From Selaginella moellendorffii (Eukaryota; Plantae; Lycopodiophyta), in the NCBI RefSeq assembly GCF_000143415.4, contig NW_003314278.1, positions 2,128,408-2,192,407 of the forward strand: 64,000 nt of DNA, read 5' to 3'. Of this stretch, positions 59,506 to 64,000 are shown piece after piece. The number at the start of each line of letters is the position of its first letter. Position 1 is the first letter of the stretch. The translations under genes and the position numbers were made by a program. The notes below the pieces were generated by a model. The model was given only the letters and a program-made list of their open reading frames with translations, was not told where the DNA came from and searched no databases.

Positions 59506-60667
59506 TGTAGCATATGTGGTTTTTACCCTTTATCCTATGGTGATTTACCATAGGATAACACCACGAAGCAGAACATAAACCCTCTTTGTGCCACATGACA
59601 GATGCTACATATCACATGCCACGTGTCCAAAGGAACGTGGTGTGGAACCCGAGGTTCAGGGCCTTGGGCCATTGAACGAAGGAACGATGCCAAACTCCCA
59701 AGCTTGGAGCCAAGGAGTGACGGAACCAAACCATGGAGCAACTCCCGAGCATACGGCCCAAGGAGCGAAGGGATAGGAGCCCGGAGCAANNNNNNNNNNN
59801 NNNNNNNNNNNNNNNNNNNNNNNNNNNNNNNNNNNNNNNNNNNNNNNNNNNNNNNNNNNNNNNNNNNNNNNNNNNNNNNNNNNNNNNNNNNNNNNNNNNN
59901 NNNNNNNNNNNNNNNNNNNNNNNNNNNNNNNNNNNNNNNNNNNNNNNNNNNNNNNNNNNNNNNNNNNNNNNNNNNNNNNNNNNNNNNNNNNNNNNNNNNN
60001 NNNNNNNNNNNNNNNNNNNNNNNNNNNNNNNNNNNNNNNNNNNNNNNNNNNNNNNNNNNNNNNNNNNNNNNNNNNNNNNNNNNNNAGGAACACATGCTTT
60101 GGGCTTTCAGCCCAAGCCTCCCTTAGTACCATAGTACCAGGAGTTAGTCTCTGGGACAAGTTCAAAACTTACTAAATATGGAATGTCCTTAGATTGTGAA
60201 TTTGGACACGGAACAGACACCATTGTGTTCGGGCCGATCTCTACATTCCGTAGATATGCCAAATGAGCAAATCTAGATACAATCTAGAAATAGCATTTGG
60301 GACCGAAATGAGACTAACACAAAGGGCATGATAGCGAGGGTGTTTGGCAGACACGGTAAGCTATCATTTAGCGAATATTGAGGGACCAAACTCAATATCA
60401 TGGGGGTTCCCAACACTAACAAATGCAAGTTAACGAATGAGTTTCTCTAACCAAGTCAAGTATGCTTGACTAATAACACTTAGGAATTCCGTCCTTATGC
60501 CCATTTGGTCAAGTGCACACGCGAGGACCAGTTTCTCAACTAGCTTAGGCGGAGACTAATAATGGGTCCAGAAATACCGACCTCCTACTTTCATGGCAGT
60601 AAGGTAAGAGTGTCCGTAAGGACTGGTCGACAGGTAACTTTCGATACCCAAAGTCACATTCGCGACA
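59506..60667 (-). mobile_element. Solo LTR (contains N gap)
   Basis: TG...CA termini; 5-bp CCAAA flanks both sides (59501-59505, 60668-60672); homologous to 14256-15357. Confidence 0.85.
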
Positions 60668-60833
60668 CCAAATTATCCATTTTGTACTCTATAGGTGAAT
60701 AATGGTGGGAATTATAGTGCTATTATTATCCGACTTATACATAGCCTAAGTGTTTAGTAAACTCTACTAATCTCAGAACTTAACATTGGCAACTTATGGC
60801 AATCTTAAAGATAAATTTAAATTTGTTAACAAC

Positions 60834-61768
60834 TGTAACGCATGTGATCATGGGATGAGATTTGGATATATTATCACCATGGATCCTTGGAACCTTGGGG
60901 GATAAATGGGGATAAAATAGAAATTAAACCCGTGCTATTAGCTCCAATACCAACTGTAACACACTTTATTTCTCTCCCTTTAAGCCAACTAGAAAAAGGG
61001 CAATTGCTTGATGAGAAAGCCCTTAGTGGCTAAAAAATATAATATACCCTTGAACAAGGTATATTTCTACCCCTAAATTTAAAATCGTACGTATTAGGCA
61101 TCCATGCGTACGTCCTTCCTCTTGTGTGGGAGTATCCATGGATGAAGGTATCCACCGTGCATAGGAGTGTGGTATAGGTGGATGACTAGCTATCTTACAT
61201 AAAATAACTAATCTACATAATGGAAGGATTTGTAGATTCAGTGCGGGACTATAGTATGCTGGTTCCCCTTGGCTTAATAGGGGTTGTTAGTTAATAGTTC
61301 CCATTGATTAGTGGCTACTTAAAAAATATAATATACCCTTGAGCAAAGTATATTCCTACCCCTAAATTTGAAATCGTACGTATTGAGCATTCATGCATAT
61401 GTCTTTCCTCTTGTGTGGAGTATCCATGAATGGAAGTATTTACCATGGGATTGCGGTATGGGTGGATGACTAGTTATCTCACATGAAATAGTTGGTTTAC
61501 ACAATGGAAGGATTGGTAGATTCAGTGATGAAATGGAGGTGTTAGTTCCTTTTGGCTCAATAGAGGTCGTTAGTTAATAGTTAATGAGGACATTGACATC
61601 TCTAAAGGGGGGGTGAGTGTAATGCATGTGATCATGGATCATGTGATCACTGTAAATCCTTGGAACTTTACAGGATAAATGGGGATAAAATAGCCACTAA
61701 AGGCTCTCTCATTAAGCAATTGCCCCTTTTCTAGTTGGCTTAAGGGGAGAGAGATAGGGTGTGCTATA
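60834..61768 (+). mobile_element. TRIM-like small LTR element, rearranged
   Basis: TGTAAYGCATGTGATCATGG at 60834 and 61618; PPT AAAGGGGGGGTGAG before 61618; inverted LTR end plus PBS-like TGGTATTGGAGC at ~60941-61032; internal ~290-bp direct duplication. Confidence 0.55.
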
Positions 61769-64000
61769 GCAATATACCATATAAAAATTTATATAGTGAA
61801 ACACTAATGGAACTTTGTACCCTTATGATATATATATACTAAAGAGACAATAAATAATCTCAAGTTGAATATTGAAAGTTTACATACTTTGCTTTGAACA
61901 AGCCATTTTACTAACCTATCCATCTGTTAATAACAAACACTCATGAAATTGTGGTGTATCACTGATTAAGATATTAAAATTTGAAATACTTTAGCCATAA
62001 ATGCAAGACCATTATCTAAGAGAATTTCATCTGTACAAAATTGTTACAATACCACTTCATTGAAGTGGAAGTATCTAATAATAGTCATAGATACATTAGC
62101 AAAAGCACTAACTTCCACTTAGTGAGTCAAGTATTCAGAGGCAATAATGACATACTTGTTATAAGCAATTAACCATGGAAAAAACCCTATTAAATCAAAT
62201 GCTACCAACTAAAAAAAATGTGAAACTACAATTGACTCCAACTGTCTTTTTATAGCATGAGAGGGAGTATTATAAACTTAGCACTAGACACAGTTATACA
62301 CTTACTGGATAATATTATATTACATCTTTAGGTAAAATAAAGATTTATGTAGCTTCTTAATCATATGATAATGTCCCATGTGCCCGTTTAGAATAGGAGA
62401 GCCATAGTAAGCATATAGAAAGCATGGAATAAAGATTGAAACACCACTAACCATGAATGATTATTAGGATTAGTCCTCACAAAATAAATAAGGTCATCCT
62501 TAAGGCAATATTAAGAATATAAATGCCAAAATGACAAATCATTAGCAAATGATGCAAGATTCTTAAACTCATCATGAAGTCTTCAGATTGACAATTTAAC
62601 TTTTTGTAAAGAGAAGGTAAATTTTGTTCCATATTTTGTGGACACTAAACATTAAATATAACAACTGCTAACAATAAAAATTTACTAAGGTTGGAACAAC
62701 AACTTCATCAAAAACAAAAGAAAAGAAGAGAAAAGAGCTAAAAAAATGTATCAATATCAACAATAGAATATCCTAGATGATGAACAATTTTAAAGTTATA
62801 TATTTAAGACTTTAGAGCTTATTTAGCAATACAATCAATCAAGTTCTTTTACTTTAATAGTAAAGTAGCCAGCCTGAGAACCATGTAAATATGCATGAAA
62901 CTTTTTGAAACCCTAAACTACTATTAAACACTCCTCAGTCATGAAGAAGTTGTCACGAATGTGATTATGTGTATTGAAAGTTATTTTTTAGCTAATTCTT
63001 ATAAATATTCTTTCTTTATTGACACAACAATAGAAGGTCGGTATTGTTATACCCTTTTCTAGTCTCCATTTAATTTAGTTGAGAAATTGGTCCTCGTATG
63101 TGCATTTAACCAGAAAAGTATAAAGACAGAATTCCTAAATGCTATTAGTCAAGTATACTTGACTTTGGTTAAAGAAACTCATTTGTTGGATTACACTTGC
63201 AATATTCTAGGGAATCTTACTCAAATGCTATATGATGACTATAGGGAATCACATCAAGCTCTGTTGTGCATAAGAACCCATAACCAAATTATTGTTAAAG
63301 GCTCTAATGTAATACTCTGTATCGGTAATTACTACAAGAAAAGGAACCAAATAGAATACAAAGAAAAGATAGGAAAGTGAAGAAGTTTTAGAGCTCTAGG
63401 ATCAAGGGAAAAAGATGTGAGGAAATTTAATCACAAAATTGAGAATTCAACCCTAGAAAAGTGGTAGAAAGAATTAAAAACAATGAAGAAAAAATAAAAA
63501 ACAAAGAAAAGAGCAATAATCCAAGAATAAAGCACTAATTAAGATTGTAGGTTTTGAGGTTTCTAAACTTCTAAAAAGTTTCTTAAATATCATTATCATG
63601 AATGTGACTTTAGGTGTTAAAATATACTTATCAACCAATCCTTATGGATACTTGTTTATTACTATCATGACGGTAAAAGATTGGTACAATTGGATTTCTT
63701 TATGAACCCCTTTTGTGCTAATGGAATTTACTGAATATCTCTATTGTACTTAAACCAAACTTGTGCTAGTGAAATTCACTAAATATCTCTAATGTACTTA
63801 AACCGAATAAATATAAAGATAGAATTCCTATAAAGGATATTGAGTGAATGACTACATCTTGAACAGAATTATAAATGCAGTGATTGTAGATCTAAATAAT
63901 CTAGATACGTTAAAATTATATAGTTTTTGTTATGTTTTATATTTTTGGTTCTTAAAGAATTGATGTTATACACTAGTCAATATGATCTTCTCGATTGAAG

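Noticed and set aside
61770-64000. Possible decayed LINE or gene remnants (also 58700-59460)
   Set aside because: Only a weak FANDL-like hint on the minus strand, and the motif order could not be confirmed; left unannotated.

Overview
This is eukaryotic plant DNA. The compact gene spacing, ~50-nt introns, intronless PLS-class PPR cluster and MFT-type PEBP gene suggest the lycophyte Selaginella (inferred, not verified). There are three N-gaps (2249-2629, 5232-5996, 59790-60085). The left 43 kb is transposon-rich and the right ~15 kb is a dense host gene island (PEBP/MFT-like, DREB A-6 AP2/ERF, three PPR genes, plastid rpS13). The main discovery is a ~12.5-kb cut-and-paste DNA transposon. One complete copy lies at 19559-39529, with 24-bp TIRs and a 4-bp CCAC TSD, interrupted by a 7.5-kb LTR element; partial or duplicated copies lie at 1-10282. 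It encodes a ~1000-aa DDE/D transposase on the minus strand (DUF7869-type motifs, Sola-like by TSD length). Divergently, it carries one spliced gene of roughly 1600+ aa that appears to fuse a ParB/Srx-like domain, a degenerate beta-class N6A/N4C DNA methyltransferase fold, basic and acidic low-complexity tracts, and an FCP1/SCP-like HAD phosphatase domain. About 20 copies of a 22-bp palindrome (ATGGCRTG-N6-CAYGCCAT) are scattered through the element, in introns, subterminal DNA and coding sequence. Together these suggest a self-targeting, parS/VANC-like chromatin or anti-silencing system carried by a plant transposon. All domain calls come from motif recognition by eye and need HMM or structure confirmation.
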